A stretch of 64,000 bases of DNA, taken from Candidatus Latescibacterota bacterium (GTDB lineage: Bacteria; Latescibacterota; UBA2968). The stretch's first letter is position 1. Each line of letters starts with the position of its first letter. The notes under the pieces were generated by a model. It did no database searches, was not told where the DNA came from, and was given only the letters and a program-made list of their open reading frames with translations. A program made the position numbers and the translations under genes. Below, piece after piece: positions 28,675 through 38,290 of the stretch. Location of the stretch: assembly GCA_965204375.1 (NCBI GenBank), contig OZ241986.1, positions 1,088,001 to 1,152,000 on the forward strand, in the 5' to 3' direction.

Positions 28675-29505
28675 ATGGCAGAATATAAAAAGCCAGTAGA
28701 TGTACTACTTACACTTGGCGATGCACGAGATTCTTTGGGAAAATGGCCCGATTATTCGGAATACGGAATTGGTGCAGAACATATTCCCGATTTGATCCGA
28801 ATGGCGACTGATCCAGAATTGAATTGGGCAGATTCAGACAGTCTGGAAGTTTGGGCACCGATTTATGCATGGCGGGCATTGGGACAGTTACAGGCTGAAG
28901 AGGCGATTGAACCTCTCCTCACTTTGTTTCACGAATTGGAAGACAGTGATTGGGTCGGGGAGGAATTACCCAGAGTATATGGCATGATCGGACCAACGGC
29001 GATTCCCGCTCTTACGGCGTATCTTGCGGATACTTCTCGCGGTATATCTCCTCGAATTAGTGCAGCACATGCGCTGGCTGAAATTGGGATGTCACATGCC
29101 GAAGCAGAGGAGGCATGTATTGCCGCTTTAACGCAGCAACTGGAGGCGTTTCGGAAAAATGACCGCGAGTTGAATGGATTTCTGATCAGTTATCTGGTTG
29201 ATCTGCAAGCGATAGAAACAGCACCGCTTATGCAAAGAGCTTATGCGGCTGGTCGTGTGGATGAGATAGTTATGGGAGATTGGGAAGATGTGCAGGTTGC
29301 GTTGGGATTGAAATCTTATGTCGAAAGAGATGCCGACTTCTTCATGGACGATATTGAAGACGTTGATCCTGAAGACAGACCCTTTGCCTTCAAGCCTCAG
29401 AGTGCGGCAAAACGCAAGAAAGCAAAAACAAAACGAAATATGGCGCGAAAATCTCGAAAGCAGAATCGAAAGAAGAAGAAGAAAAGAAAAAAGAAGAAGA
29501 GATAG
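28675..29505 (+). CDS. HEAT-repeat / DUF1186-like protein with a Lys/Arg-rich tail
   Basis: WAPIYAWRALGQL, AEEAIEPL, GPTAIPAL, GDWEDVQ; C-terminal RKKKKKRKKKKR. Confidence 0.75.
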   Translation: MAEYKKPVDVLLTLGDARDSLGKWPDYSEYGIGAEHIPDLIRMATDPELNWADSDSLEVWAPIYAWRALGQLQAEEAIEPLLTLFHELEDSDWVGEELPRVYGMIGPTAIPALTAYLADTSRGISPRISAAHALAEIGMSHAEAEEACIAALTQQLEAFRKNDRELNGFLISYLVDLQAIETAPLMQRAYAAGRVDEIVMGDWEDVQVALGLKSYVERDADFFMDDIEDVDPEDRPFAFKPQSAAKRKKAKTKRNMARKSRKQNRKKKKKRKKKKR

Positions 29506-29595
29506 GGAAGTGAGAAGTGTAAAAGAATCCACTAAGGACACGAAGTTACACGAAGGGGAACTGGGGGCTGGTTGGACTGACTACTGACTACTGAC
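29504..29595 (+). repeat. Stacked short tandem repeats (7-nt, 9-10-nt, 7-nt periods)
   Basis: GGGAAG-TGAGAAG-TGT; CCACTAAGG-ACACGAAGTT-ACACGAAGG; ACTGACT-ACTGACT-ACTGAC. Confidence 0.7.
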
Positions 29596-29653
29596 GGCGG
29601 TCCCATTAATCCAGAGTTCTGATTCACTGAGATCGACATAGTCATTCCAAATA

Positions 29654-30439
29654 ATGCCATATAACCAAATCGCCGACTATGTTCTTTACCACGACGGTAA
29701 TCCTGCAATCGTAATTGAATCCAAAAAATTGGTTGAGCCTCTACAGGGAGGAAAAGCTCTGGACCAGGGTATATTATACTGCGCTTATACAGGTGCAGGT
29801 TACTTCATCTTGACTGATGGGAACAGTTGGGAATTGTATGAGTCTGGTAAAACTTCCCCAATAACAAGTTTTGATCTAACCGGTGGATCGGCGGCGGATG
29901 CGTGCTTGAAGGCGTTGGCTCTGTGGAAACCCAGTGTAATTTCAGGCCAGATTGCTGTTGGAGCAACGCCCGTTATTGGATTGCCTGATAATCAGACACG
30001 TACAACCGATCCTCAGCCCGTTGAAGAAAGTACTGTTCAGCCAACGCCGTCTGTTTCAGATGAAGATGGATGGGTGCCGCTTTCAGAGTTGAATCCAGAT
30101 CTAAAGACTCAACCACCAACTAAAATAATGTTTCCCGATGGATCACAGGCACCACTCAAATTCTGGTATGATATATCGACAGAAGTTGTGCGTTGGCTTA
30201 TGGAGAACGATCATTTATCTGAGGACCAATGTCCTATTCTTCGTGGGCCTCGTTCAAAGAAATCTCTGGTGGATATCAAACCTGTTAATTCAGATGGAAC
30301 GTCTTTCAGCAATCCCAAACAAGTAGGTGCATTACACATTGATACACATGGCAATCTTCGAACTAAAATCGCGAGGGGCAAAATCATCATCGAGCATGTC
30401 GGTCAGAACCCCGCTCAATTCAAAGTCCGTCTTCTCTGA
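29654..30439 (+). pseudogene. HsdR-N-like PD-(D/E)xK restriction endonuclease protein, probably 5'-truncated
   Basis: ADYVL...IVIESKKL...QGILYC...LTDGNSW; ORF begins only a few residues before the catalytic D and lacks the usual preceding helix. Confidence 0.6.
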
Positions 30440-30446
30440 CCACGGC

Positions 30447-30472
30447 GAGCGGTCACAAGAGATTGCTCCTAC
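30447..30472 (-). repeat. GTAG-type REP palindrome
   Basis: Minus strand GTAG-GAGCAATC-TCTTGT-GACCGCTC. Confidence 0.6.
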
Positions 30473-30547
30473 AACGGACTTGAGACGGTGTTAGACGGGT
30501 TTTTCTACTCTGAGTTGCAGGTTGTAGCCTGTGCGCTTCTCGCATTT

Positions 30548-30651
30548 CATCTGCGTTTATCTGCGGATACTCGCCTTTCTTTTGTGACTTTTGTGGCTTT
30601 TTCGACTTTATCCTGATCATCCTTTCATCCTGCGAATCCTGATTCTGACAG
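30548..30651 (-). repeat. Stacked short tandem repeats (ATCTGCG, TTTTGTG, ATCCT families)
   Basis: CATCTGCGTTTATCTGCGG; TTTTGTGAC-TTTTGTGGC; ATCCTGATCATCCTTTCATCCTGCGAATCCTGATTCTGACAG. Confidence 0.7.
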
Positions 30652-30656
30652 TTTTC

Positions 30657-32612
30657 ATGGCCCTTTCATCTGAAATACAAGCTGAAACATCTCCCGCGCC
30701 GGATACGATAACGTTTCGGTCTATTTTGTTGGGGCTGGTGACCATTGCGGTTGCGACGTGGTATATGAGCTATTTTGCGGGGAATCTGGTCAAGAGCTAT
30801 TTGCCCGTGGCTGCTTTGATTCCCTTTGTGATGTGGGTGGGGATCAATGTGGGGCTGATTCATTTCGCGCCGCGCTTCGCGCTGTCTCGCATTGAGTTGC
30901 TCACGATATTTTCGATGATGTGGATTGTCGGGAGTTTGCCCGCGGTGGGGTGGGGGTTTTATGCGGTGAGCCTGATTCCGTCGCCAGAGTTTTTCGCATC
31001 GCCGGAAAATCGCTTGCGAGATGCGGTCATTCCCTTTTTGCCCGGGTGGTTCTTTTTGGACGCCAATATACCCGATGTGCGGGCGGTGTACACCGGGCGA
31101 CACCGCGGCGATCCCGTGCCGTGGTTGCTGTGGGTGCGGCCTTTTTTCTGGTGGTTTGTCGGCTGTATCAGCGCGGTGATGGCGGGATTTTTCGGCAGCG
31201 TGCTCTTCTTTAAGCAGTGGCAGGAAAAAGAGCGTCTGGTCTTTCCCATGTCCGAATTTCCCGTGGCTTTGATCGAGGGTGCTGATGAAGGCCGCGTGCC
31301 CGTTGTGTTGCGAGACAAAGTTTTCTGGATCGGGTTCTGGTGTGTGGCCGGTGTGATTTGCTGGAATATTGTGGGGTATTTTCAGCTCAATATGCCCCGG
31401 ATTACGATTTTTGATCACTATCTCACCAAAGCCGTGGATTTGGGGCCGTATTTTCCTGCGTATTATTTGCGCGTGCAACCGCTGATTATGGGCCTGGCAT
31501 ATCTCTGTCCGGCCGATATTTTGTTCAGTGTGTGGTTTTACAATGTGATCAATATTTTTAAGGTGGGGCTGCTAAATCGAACGGGCTTTACGGTGGGATT
31601 AGAGGGGCAGCCCGCCAAGGCCGGTGAGATTGCGATGCTCGAGATGCACGGCGCACTGGCGTGTCTGGTGCTGTGGTCGGTGTGGGTTGCGCGGAAGCAC
31701 TTGAGGGAGACGGTGCAAAAGGCTTTGAACCGTTCCCGCGCCGTTGATGATGGCGTGCCCGTTACGTATCGCACGGCCTGGGTTGGTCTGGGTTTGGCAA
31801 CGGTTGGTGTCGGCGGTTGGATGATGTCCTCGGGAGTGGGGTTCTGGGCAATGGCAGGGCAACTCATTTTGATGTTTATGTGTTATTTCGGCATTGCGAA
31901 ATACGCGGCAGCAACCGGATTTACCTATCTCAATCCCGCTGGCGGTAAGGGCGTGGCGCTAATTCACTCTGTGATTGGTACCTCGAGCCTTTCGCCCACG
32001 TCGCAGTCGATGCTGATTTTGTTCAATCGCAACGTGTTTTTGGGAGCCTCAATCCGAACGACCTGTCTGGCTGCTATTCCGCATATTTTTCGCATGTTTG
32101 GCAATTCTCTACGCCGGCATCCGTGGATATGGGGGATGGTGCCGCTGGCGTATTTGGTCGGGTATATGAGTGCGGGTGGTTTTTATTTGTTCCGGTGTTA
32201 TGACGAAGGCGGGTTGAATGGGCTGCTGGTGTCGTGGCCTATGGATTCACTCATTTCGCGGGTGCCCTATATTGAGGGCAGTAAAATATCGGTTTTTGAT
32301 ACGCAAAAGCTCGGTGTGTGGTTGTTTGGGTTTGCAGAAGCGGGTGTTTTGACTTATTTGCGTTCGCAGTTTGCATGGTGGCCTTTCCATCCGGTCGCTA
32401 TTGCGTTTCCGCCCGGGCGATATGCGTTTTGTTTGTTGCTCGTGTGGCTGGTGAAGGTGGCTGTGTTGCGATTTGGGGGCGTGCAGCTTTACAGGCGGTC
32501 GCTGCCGTTCTGGTATGGCGCTATTGTCGGGTATTTGTTTGGCATTGCGCTGTCGAGTGTTGTGGATGCGATCTGGTTTCCAGATAGCAGGCATTTTGTT
32601 CACGGTTGGTAA
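30657..32612 (+). CDS. Polytopic membrane protein, DUF6785/DUF6784-like (putative transporter)
   Basis: Many hydrophobic helices; KQW.EKERLVFP, WWPFHPV, GG..LYRRSLPFWYG; start moved to ATG 30657. Confidence 0.75.
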   Translation: MALSSEIQAETSPAPDTITFRSILLGLVTIAVATWYMSYFAGNLVKSYLPVAALIPFVMWVGINVGLIHFAPRFALSRIELLTIFSMMWIVGSLPAVGWGFYAVSLIPSPEFFASPENRLRDAVIPFLPGWFFLDANIPDVRAVYTGRHRGDPVPWLLWVRPFFWWFVGCISAVMAGFFGSVLFFKQWQEKERLVFPMSEFPVALIEGADEGRVPVVLRDKVFWIGFWCVAGVICWNIVGYFQLNMPRITIFDHYLTKAVDLGPYFPAYYLRVQPLIMGLAYLCPADILFSVWFYNVINIFKVGLLNRTGFTVGLEGQPAKAGEIAMLEMHGALACLVLWSVWVARKHLRETVQKALNRSRAVDDGVPVTYRTAWVGLGLATVGVGGWMMSSGVGFWAMAGQLILMFMCYFGIAKYAAATGFTYLNPAGGKGVALIHSVIGTSSLSPTSQSMLILFNRNVFLGASIRTTCLAAIPHIFRMFGNSLRRHPWIWGMVPLAYLVGYMSAGGFYLFRCYDEGGLNGLLVSWPMDSLISRVPYIEGSKISVFDTQKLGVWLFGFAEAGVLTYLRSQFAWWPFHPVAIAFPPGRYAFCLLLVWLVKVAVLRFGGVQLYRRSLPFWYGAIVGYLFGIALSSVVDAIWFPDSRHFVHGW

Positions 32613-32626
32613 AGGGGAGTGCGATT

Positions 32627-34849
32627 ATGTCTGATACAGAAGTAAAAAAGTTATATGGGAGTGCGACAGTGAGTCCAGCGGAAGATGTAGTGGCCGGGTC
32701 CTGTGGCACATGGACGCTGACTTATACGGCGGGAGAAAAAGGGGTTGCAAGAGGAGGGACGATTCGGATTTATACGGATGCGGATTCAGACCGCGCAACC
32801 CCTCAGATGGATGATCCCGCAGGTGAAGATTATTTGACGGTTGACGCGCCGAGAGAAGCGCGGGTGGGTGCTCTGGTGCAGAGTATGCTGTCGATTTTGC
32901 TGACTGTAAATGGGCGCGCTTTGGCAGAGGGCGAGCAGGTTTCGGTGACTTATGGCGATACGACAGGTGGGGGACCGGGGTTTCGGTCGCAGACTTTTGT
33001 CGAGGCGCAGCACTTTTTCTGGGTGGCTGTCGATGCGGGGGATGGCGAGACTGCGATATTGCCCGATCCGCCGTCTTTGCGCATTGTGGGGGGCGAGGCT
33101 GTGAAGCTGGTGATCAATGCGCCGTCTATTGTCGAGTCAGGCAAACCGTTTCGCATTCAGGTCAAGGCCGAAGATGCATGGGGGAATCCAGCGGTCTCTT
33201 ATCGCGGGGATGTGGCACTCAATGGCAATGATGTGCGCGTGCCACAAACCGCGAGCTTTGGCGATGCAGATGGGGGTGTGCGGTGGGTGGATGAGTGTGT
33301 GGTAGAGCGCGGGGGGATTCACCGTATCGATGCCGAAGATGGTACACTGGTTGCGCAGAGCAATCCGATTGCGTGCCGCAATGCAGCACCGCAATTCGCG
33401 CTGTATTGGGGAGACTCACACGGCGGTCAGGTGGCTATGGCGGAGAAGATTCCCGATTTTTTCAGGTATGCGCGAGATGTTGCAGCTATCCACTTTGCGG
33501 GGTATCAGCGCAATGATCACGTTTTGAGCAAACGCGATTGGGTGTTGCAGCAAGAGACGGAACGCGCGTATAATCAGCCGGGGCAATTTGTCGCTTTGCC
33601 GGGCTTTGAGTGGTCGGCACAAACCACGCGGGGCGGGCATCACAACGTGTATTTTCGGCGGCACGATCAGCCGGTCCGTCGATCTGGACATGAGGGATTG
33701 GATGACAAGTCAGACGAAGATACGGATTTGAGGCATATTACCGAGGTCTATGAAGCGTATCGCGGGACGGATACGGTGATTACGGCTCATGTGGGCGGCG
33801 AGCATTCCGATTTGCAATACCACGATCCCTATCTGGAACCCGCTGTGGAAGTGACGTCGGATCACGGGACATTTGAGTGGATTTTGCAGGAGACATTTGA
33901 GCGCAATTATCGCATGGGATTTTTCGGCGGGAGTGATAGCCACAATGGGCGACCGGGTGGCGATACGCCGGGTTTTCAGCACCGGCGTTATGCCAAGGCG
34001 GGATTGGCCGCGGTTTATGCGCCCGAGTTGACGATTGATAGTGTTCTGGACGCGTATAAAGCAAGGCGCATTTACGCGACGACAGGTGCGAGGATTTTGC
34101 TGCATACCGCGTGCGAAGACCATTTGATGGGGGAGGAGTTCACAACGGGAACTACACCGCATATCTCGGCTTTTGTGGCGGGTACTGCGCCGTATGAATC
34201 TGTGGAATTGTACCGCGGTTTGGAGCGGATTTACAGCCATCCGATTGAAGGAGAGAAAGACCGCAATCGCGTGCGTATTTTGTGGGAGGGCGCAAGTCGC
34301 AAGAGCAGTTATTCCGGCGTGATTTGGGAGGGGATTCTGAGGGTTTCGGGGCGCGCGATTAATGGCGTTGAAAAGATTCGGTTTGACAGTCCGCGCTCTC
34401 GCGTTTTCGACGTGACCGAGGAGGGGTTGCGCTGGTATTCTGTGGCGTGTGGGTATCGCAGTGGTATTATTCTCGATCTGCCGGGCGATGGTGATGTGGA
34501 TATCGAATGCGTGGTGAATACTTCGGTTATTACCGGTCCCTTATTCGGCGATCAGGGTATCGAACCGCCGAGGCGCATGTCTTATGCACCTGCTGAAAAG
34601 GTCGGGTTTCACATTGGGTCAAGTGATCTGGAAAATGGTCCGGTGACAATGGAACTCGGTCGATTGAATCGGCGCGTGACCGTTGATTTCGCGCCCGAGG
34701 CACAGGCTGCGGGTGAGGTGTCGTTCGAGTTTACCGATGAAAACGCAAAGCCGGGCATCAATCCGTATTATGTTCGCGTGGTGCAAACCGATATGGAGAT
34801 GGCCTGGAGCAGTCCAATTTTTGTAGATTATGCCGTGGAGGAGGATTGA
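32627..34849 (+). CDS. DUF3604-like / PHP-fold metallohydrolase
   Basis: WGDSHG, PGFEWS, GHHNVYF, HVGG, GGSDSH, YATTGARI, YYVRVVQ..MAWSSPIFV. Confidence 0.78.
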   Translation: MSDTEVKKLYGSATVSPAEDVVAGSCGTWTLTYTAGEKGVARGGTIRIYTDADSDRATPQMDDPAGEDYLTVDAPREARVGALVQSMLSILLTVNGRALAEGEQVSVTYGDTTGGGPGFRSQTFVEAQHFFWVAVDAGDGETAILPDPPSLRIVGGEAVKLVINAPSIVESGKPFRIQVKAEDAWGNPAVSYRGDVALNGNDVRVPQTASFGDADGGVRWVDECVVERGGIHRIDAEDGTLVAQSNPIACRNAAPQFALYWGDSHGGQVAMAEKIPDFFRYARDVAAIHFAGYQRNDHVLSKRDWVLQQETERAYNQPGQFVALPGFEWSAQTTRGGHHNVYFRRHDQPVRRSGHEGLDDKSDEDTDLRHITEVYEAYRGTDTVITAHVGGEHSDLQYHDPYLEPAVEVTSDHGTFEWILQETFERNYRMGFFGGSDSHNGRPGGDTPGFQHRRYAKAGLAAVYAPELTIDSVLDAYKARRIYATTGARILLHTACEDHLMGEEFTTGTTPHISAFVAGTAPYESVELYRGLERIYSHPIEGEKDRNRVRILWEGASRKSSYSGVIWEGILRVSGRAINGVEKIRFDSPRSRVFDVTEEGLRWYSVACGYRSGIILDLPGDGDVDIECVVNTSVITGPLFGDQGIEPPRRMSYAPAEKVGFHIGSSDLENGPVTMELGRLNRRVTVDFAPEAQAAGEVSFEFTDENAKPGINPYYVRVVQTDMEMAWSSPIFVDYAVEED

Positions 34850-34850
34850 A

Positions 34851-35645
34851 ATGGATGTGACGCGCATTTCAGCGTGTAGTTTTCCGCTTCGGGAAAGGGA
34901 TCTGGATTATACGTTTAAGGTGATTTCCGAAGCGGGGTTTGACAAAATTGATCTGGTGGGGCGCATGCCGCATTTTTCGGTGACGGACCCCGATTACGAT
35001 ATGGACGAATTGCGTCGGGTATGCGATAGGTACGGCGTGGTGTTGGCAAATATCGGGTCGTACTGTGGGCGAGATTTTATTGCTGCTTCAGAGGGTGAGA
35101 GACAGGCGGCAATGGATGAGATGAAAAGGACACTGGATGTGGGGAAGGCGTTTGGTTCAAAGTCCATTCGCATTATGCCAGGTGATGGTAAGCGCGCTTC
35201 GATTGATACGCTGGTGCCCTATTTTCAGAAATCTGCGGAATATGCCGAAAAATTGGGTATTTATATGGGGATTGAGAATCACGGCACTGAAATTTCTGGC
35301 AATCCAGAGGCGTGTCAGGAGATTTGCGAGAAGGTCGATTCAGAGTATTTTGGGATTTTGTACGAGCCGTGCAATTTGATGGCTGCGGGTGCAGATTACA
35401 AGTCCGCTTTTGAGGTGTTTAAGGATTATATCGTGCATGTGCATATCAAGGATGGCGATTACAACTCGGAAGGGAAGTGGGAGCGCTGTATGCTCGGTGA
35501 CGGTATTATCGATTATCACTGGGTGTGGGATCAGGTTGAAGCACTGGGCTATGACCGGGACTATGCACTGGAGTTTGAGGTGGGCGATATCGAACCCGTG
35601 GAGACGGGGTACCGGAAGTGGTATGAGACTTGGGAAAGAACGTGA
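34851..35645 (+). CDS. Sugar phosphate isomerase/epimerase (TIM barrel)
   Basis: IENH, EPCN, HVHIKD, LGDG.ID, LEFE. Confidence 0.85.
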   Translation: MDVTRISACSFPLRERDLDYTFKVISEAGFDKIDLVGRMPHFSVTDPDYDMDELRRVCDRYGVVLANIGSYCGRDFIAASEGERQAAMDEMKRTLDVGKAFGSKSIRIMPGDGKRASIDTLVPYFQKSAEYAEKLGIYMGIENHGTEISGNPEACQEICEKVDSEYFGILYEPCNLMAAGADYKSAFEVFKDYIVHVHIKDGDYNSEGKWERCMLGDGIIDYHWVWDQVEALGYDRDYALEFEVGDIEPVETGYRKWYETWERT

Positions 35646-35764
35646 GAAGTGTGAAGTAGGAAGTGTGAAGGCCGCTCAACACCGCCCCAAAGGCGGTAAG
35701 AGGTGAGGTGGTAGGGGCGAAAAATCTTTCGCCTGTCGTGTAGGGGCAACCCTTGTGGTTGCCC
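35642..35764 (+). repeat. 7-mer tandem repeat plus two GTAG-type REP palindromes between convergent genes
   Basis: GTGAGAA-GTGTGAA-GTAGGAA-GTGTGAA; GTAGGGGCGAAAAATCTTTCGCC (35711); GTAGGGGCAACCCTTGTGGTTGCCC (35740). Confidence 0.75.
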
Positions 35765-35766
35765 GC

Positions 35767-36441
35767 TTACAATACCGCAATTGCCGCGTTGAGGCGTGGG
35801 AGTATGCGGTCGGCGTTGTCGTGGTTTTGATGTGCGGTGAAGAAATTGGGCACGGCGAAGACGGTCATGCCAGCGGCTTTTCCAGATTGTACGCCAGCCT
35901 CACTGTCTTCAAATACAACGCAGGCTTCGGGTGGGACATCGAGTTTTGCAGCGGTTTTGAGGTAGATTTCCGGGTCGGGTTTGGTGCGGGTAACGTCGCT
36001 GCCCGAAAAAATAGCACCAAAAATGTCGTGGAGTGCGTTGGCATTTATATGGGGCAAGACGCCATTTTGAAGTGTCGTCCGCATGCGCTGGCGCGGCGTG
36101 GATGACGCAATGCCGAGTTTGTAGTGTTTGTTTTGAAGGTGTGATAGCAGGTCGAGGAAGCCGGGCATGAGGTCAATTTGATCGGGGTCTGATATCGCGG
36201 TTTCAAACCGGGTCATCCACGCTTCGTGGAAGTCTTCAGGACGGATCGGCAAGTCGTAGCGTTCGACGGCATCTGCGCTGTTGCTTTCCACGGGATGTCC
36301 AACACAGCGCACATAACCTTCGCGCGGTATGTCAATCCCCAGTTCGTTGAGTGTCTGGTTATAGGTGTTGTAATAAATATTTTCCGTATCAACAATCAGG
36401 CCGTCCATATCAAATATGACGGCCCGGTATGGTTTAGGCAT
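35767..36441 (-). CDS. HAD-IA family phosphatase
   Basis: FDMDG..VDTE, ASS, KPDPEIY, FEDS..G. Confidence 0.9.
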   Translation of the reverse strand: MPKPYRAVIFDMDGLIVDTENIYYNTYNQTLNELGIDIPREGYVRCVGHPVESNSADAVERYDLPIRPEDFHEAWMTRFETAISDPDQIDLMPGFLDLLSHLQNKHYKLGIASSTPRQRMRTTLQNGVLPHINANALHDIFGAIFSGSDVTRTKPDPEIYLKTAAKLDVPPEACVVFEDSEAGVQSGKAAGMTVFAVPNFFTAHQNHDNADRILPRLNAAIAVL

Positions 36442-37693
36442 GATTTTGTCCTTCGGAAAAATCCTGAGCAGCGCGGATGTGTTGCGGCGTCAGATCTGGA
36501 AAATCAACTAACAGTTCATCTTCAGTCATCCCCCCAGCCAAGTATTCCAATACGTCATAGACGGTAATTCGAGTGCCTTTGAAGCAAGGCTTGCCACTAC
36601 GGACAAAAGGTCGAGGCTCAATATAGTCTTCAAAGCTCATTTTACGATACTTTGCAGCACTTTCTTTTATCCAATTCCAGTCTTCAGCCTGTGTAGCCTT
36701 AATGTAGTCTTCGAAGCTCATTTTGCGATACTTTGCGGCATCACGCATGATGTGATACCTTGCAGCATTCTCCTCTGGACTATTCCAGTCTTTAGACTGT
36801 GCGGTTTTATTGAGTCCATACTTGCGTATCCTCTGGGAGAAACCTGCGGTATCCGCGAGGGCACTCCATTTCTTCTCATTGGTAGCCACGACGTGGTCAT
36901 CATCAGTTGAGTAAAGAAAGAAATCAATATCTCCACTATCGTTTTTTTTCGGCAAAAGCCCTTCCGTCATGAGGCGGATCAAGTAGTATGTGTACATGTG
37001 GGCGTAGAACTCTATCCTGGTAATAGCATCGGTTAATTTATTTACTTTATGTTTGGTGACCACACGGATATCTTTATTGTCTGCCTTAAAGAAAGCACGC
37101 ATCTGGCAGGCGGATATAACCTGGGAAAACCATTCTCTCGATTTCATTGCGTAGAGGAACTTTTTCTTTTTTTCGCCTCGCAATTTAGGCACAGAAGAAG
37201 ACCGATTTTTTGGATCTTTTGCGTACCACTTTTGAAATCCGGGGATATTCTCCTCCATCAGGGAGATGAGAGAATCCACCCATTCTTGCTCGGCCTTCTC
37301 GCGCCATGTCGCTGTAAACGGTACATGCAAACTATGTCGGACAAGGGCCTCGTCGTCCGGTACGCCTCTGCGAACCTCCTCAAGGCTCTGACCTGTTGCC
37401 AGGGCGCGAACAGCATCGGAGTATGAGGGCGCAGGTTCCGCCAACTTGTAGCCAAATAACATCGTCAGATATGATTCAGGGTCGGGAAGTTCGTCTATCC
37501 GGTGCTTGAGAATGACGTTAGCCGCTGCCTTTCGATCTTCAAAAGACCGCTCATTGAGTTTGGATACCAACTCAATAATTGAGATGGGAGAGTAACAGAG
37601 GTGCTCTCCGGGTTGTCTGACATCCTCAATGCGGATGCGATTCAGTCCTATATCGTAAAGCACATTCGTTTCAAGAATCACTGTCTTAGCCAT
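36434..37693 (-). CDS. PIN-like domain protein fused via tandem repeats to a DUF433 antitoxin-like domain
   Basis: VILETNV, SIIEL, NDSGD, VATNEK (PIN-like); C-terminal RSGKPCFKGTRITVYDVLEYLAGGMTEDELLVDFPDLT (DUF433). Confidence 0.65.
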   Translation of the reverse strand: MAKTVILETNVLYDIGLNRIRIEDVRQPGEHLCYSPISIIELVSKLNERSFEDRKAAANVILKHRIDELPDPESYLTMLFGYKLAEPAPSYSDAVRALATGQSLEEVRRGVPDDEALVRHSLHVPFTATWREKAEQEWVDSLISLMEENIPGFQKWYAKDPKNRSSSVPKLRGEKKKKFLYAMKSREWFSQVISACQMRAFFKADNKDIRVVTKHKVNKLTDAITRIEFYAHMYTYYLIRLMTEGLLPKKNDSGDIDFFLYSTDDDHVVATNEKKWSALADTAGFSQRIRKYGLNKTAQSKDWNSPEENAARYHIMRDAAKYRKMSFEDYIKATQAEDWNWIKESAAKYRKMSFEDYIEPRPFVRSGKPCFKGTRITVYDVLEYLAGGMTEDELLVDFPDLTPQHIRAAQDFSEGQNHA

Positions 37694-37706
37694 GTTGTGC
37701 TCCTTT

Positions 37707-37883
37707 TCATTCCCCTTCACGACGCAGGTTTTTTTGAGGAGAGACAGTACTTACCAGACGACTGCGATCTTGTATTTCAGCGGCTTTATAGCGGGCCATC
37801 AATTGGTTGAGATCGCCGCTGCACTCTTCCAGGAGTTTCAGCCTTGTCTGGTGAATTTCTTCAACAATGGGATCGCGTTTCAT
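37707..37883 (-). CDS. Small 'DPIVEEI' protein (putative PIN-associated antitoxin)
   Basis: MKRDPIVEEIHQTR; GGAGGAG RBS; paralog at 42008. Confidence 0.7.
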   Translation of the reverse strand: MKRDPIVEEIHQTRLKLLEECSGDLNQLMARYKAAEIQDRSRLVSTVSPQKNLRREGE

Positions 37884-38045
37884 AGCTCTCCTCCGATCCA
37901 ATCCTCATGTCCCAACGGGATTATAGTGTGGATCAACTGACTTGACGTGATTTTCTATAATCGCAAAATGTACCCGGGCAAATCTAAGCGTGTGTCTTGT
38001 TTCTTTTTTAGGAAAAAGACTCAAGTACTGCGATTTGGTTGCGGC

Positions 38046-38290
38046 TTAACCCAATCGTCGATACGCTTCTTCTGCCCATGTCTCAAAACAGGGTACACTT
38101 ATACTGTTATAAAGACCTCCCTGTTGGTTGGGGTGATAGGGAGCGAACCACAATACGTCTTTCCCATTCATTTGGATGAGATGATAATTACAATGGTCAC
38201 TGATTCTTTGATACTCCTCCCCATGGTGGTCACAGGCTGGATCAATCTCAATCCGGGAGATTGTAGTAACTCGGCTGGCGATGCGCCTTG
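38046..38290 (-). pseudogene. C-terminal fragment of an unidentified protein
   Basis: Open frame overlapping the end of 38248-38745 with no convincing start or RBS. Confidence 0.35.
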
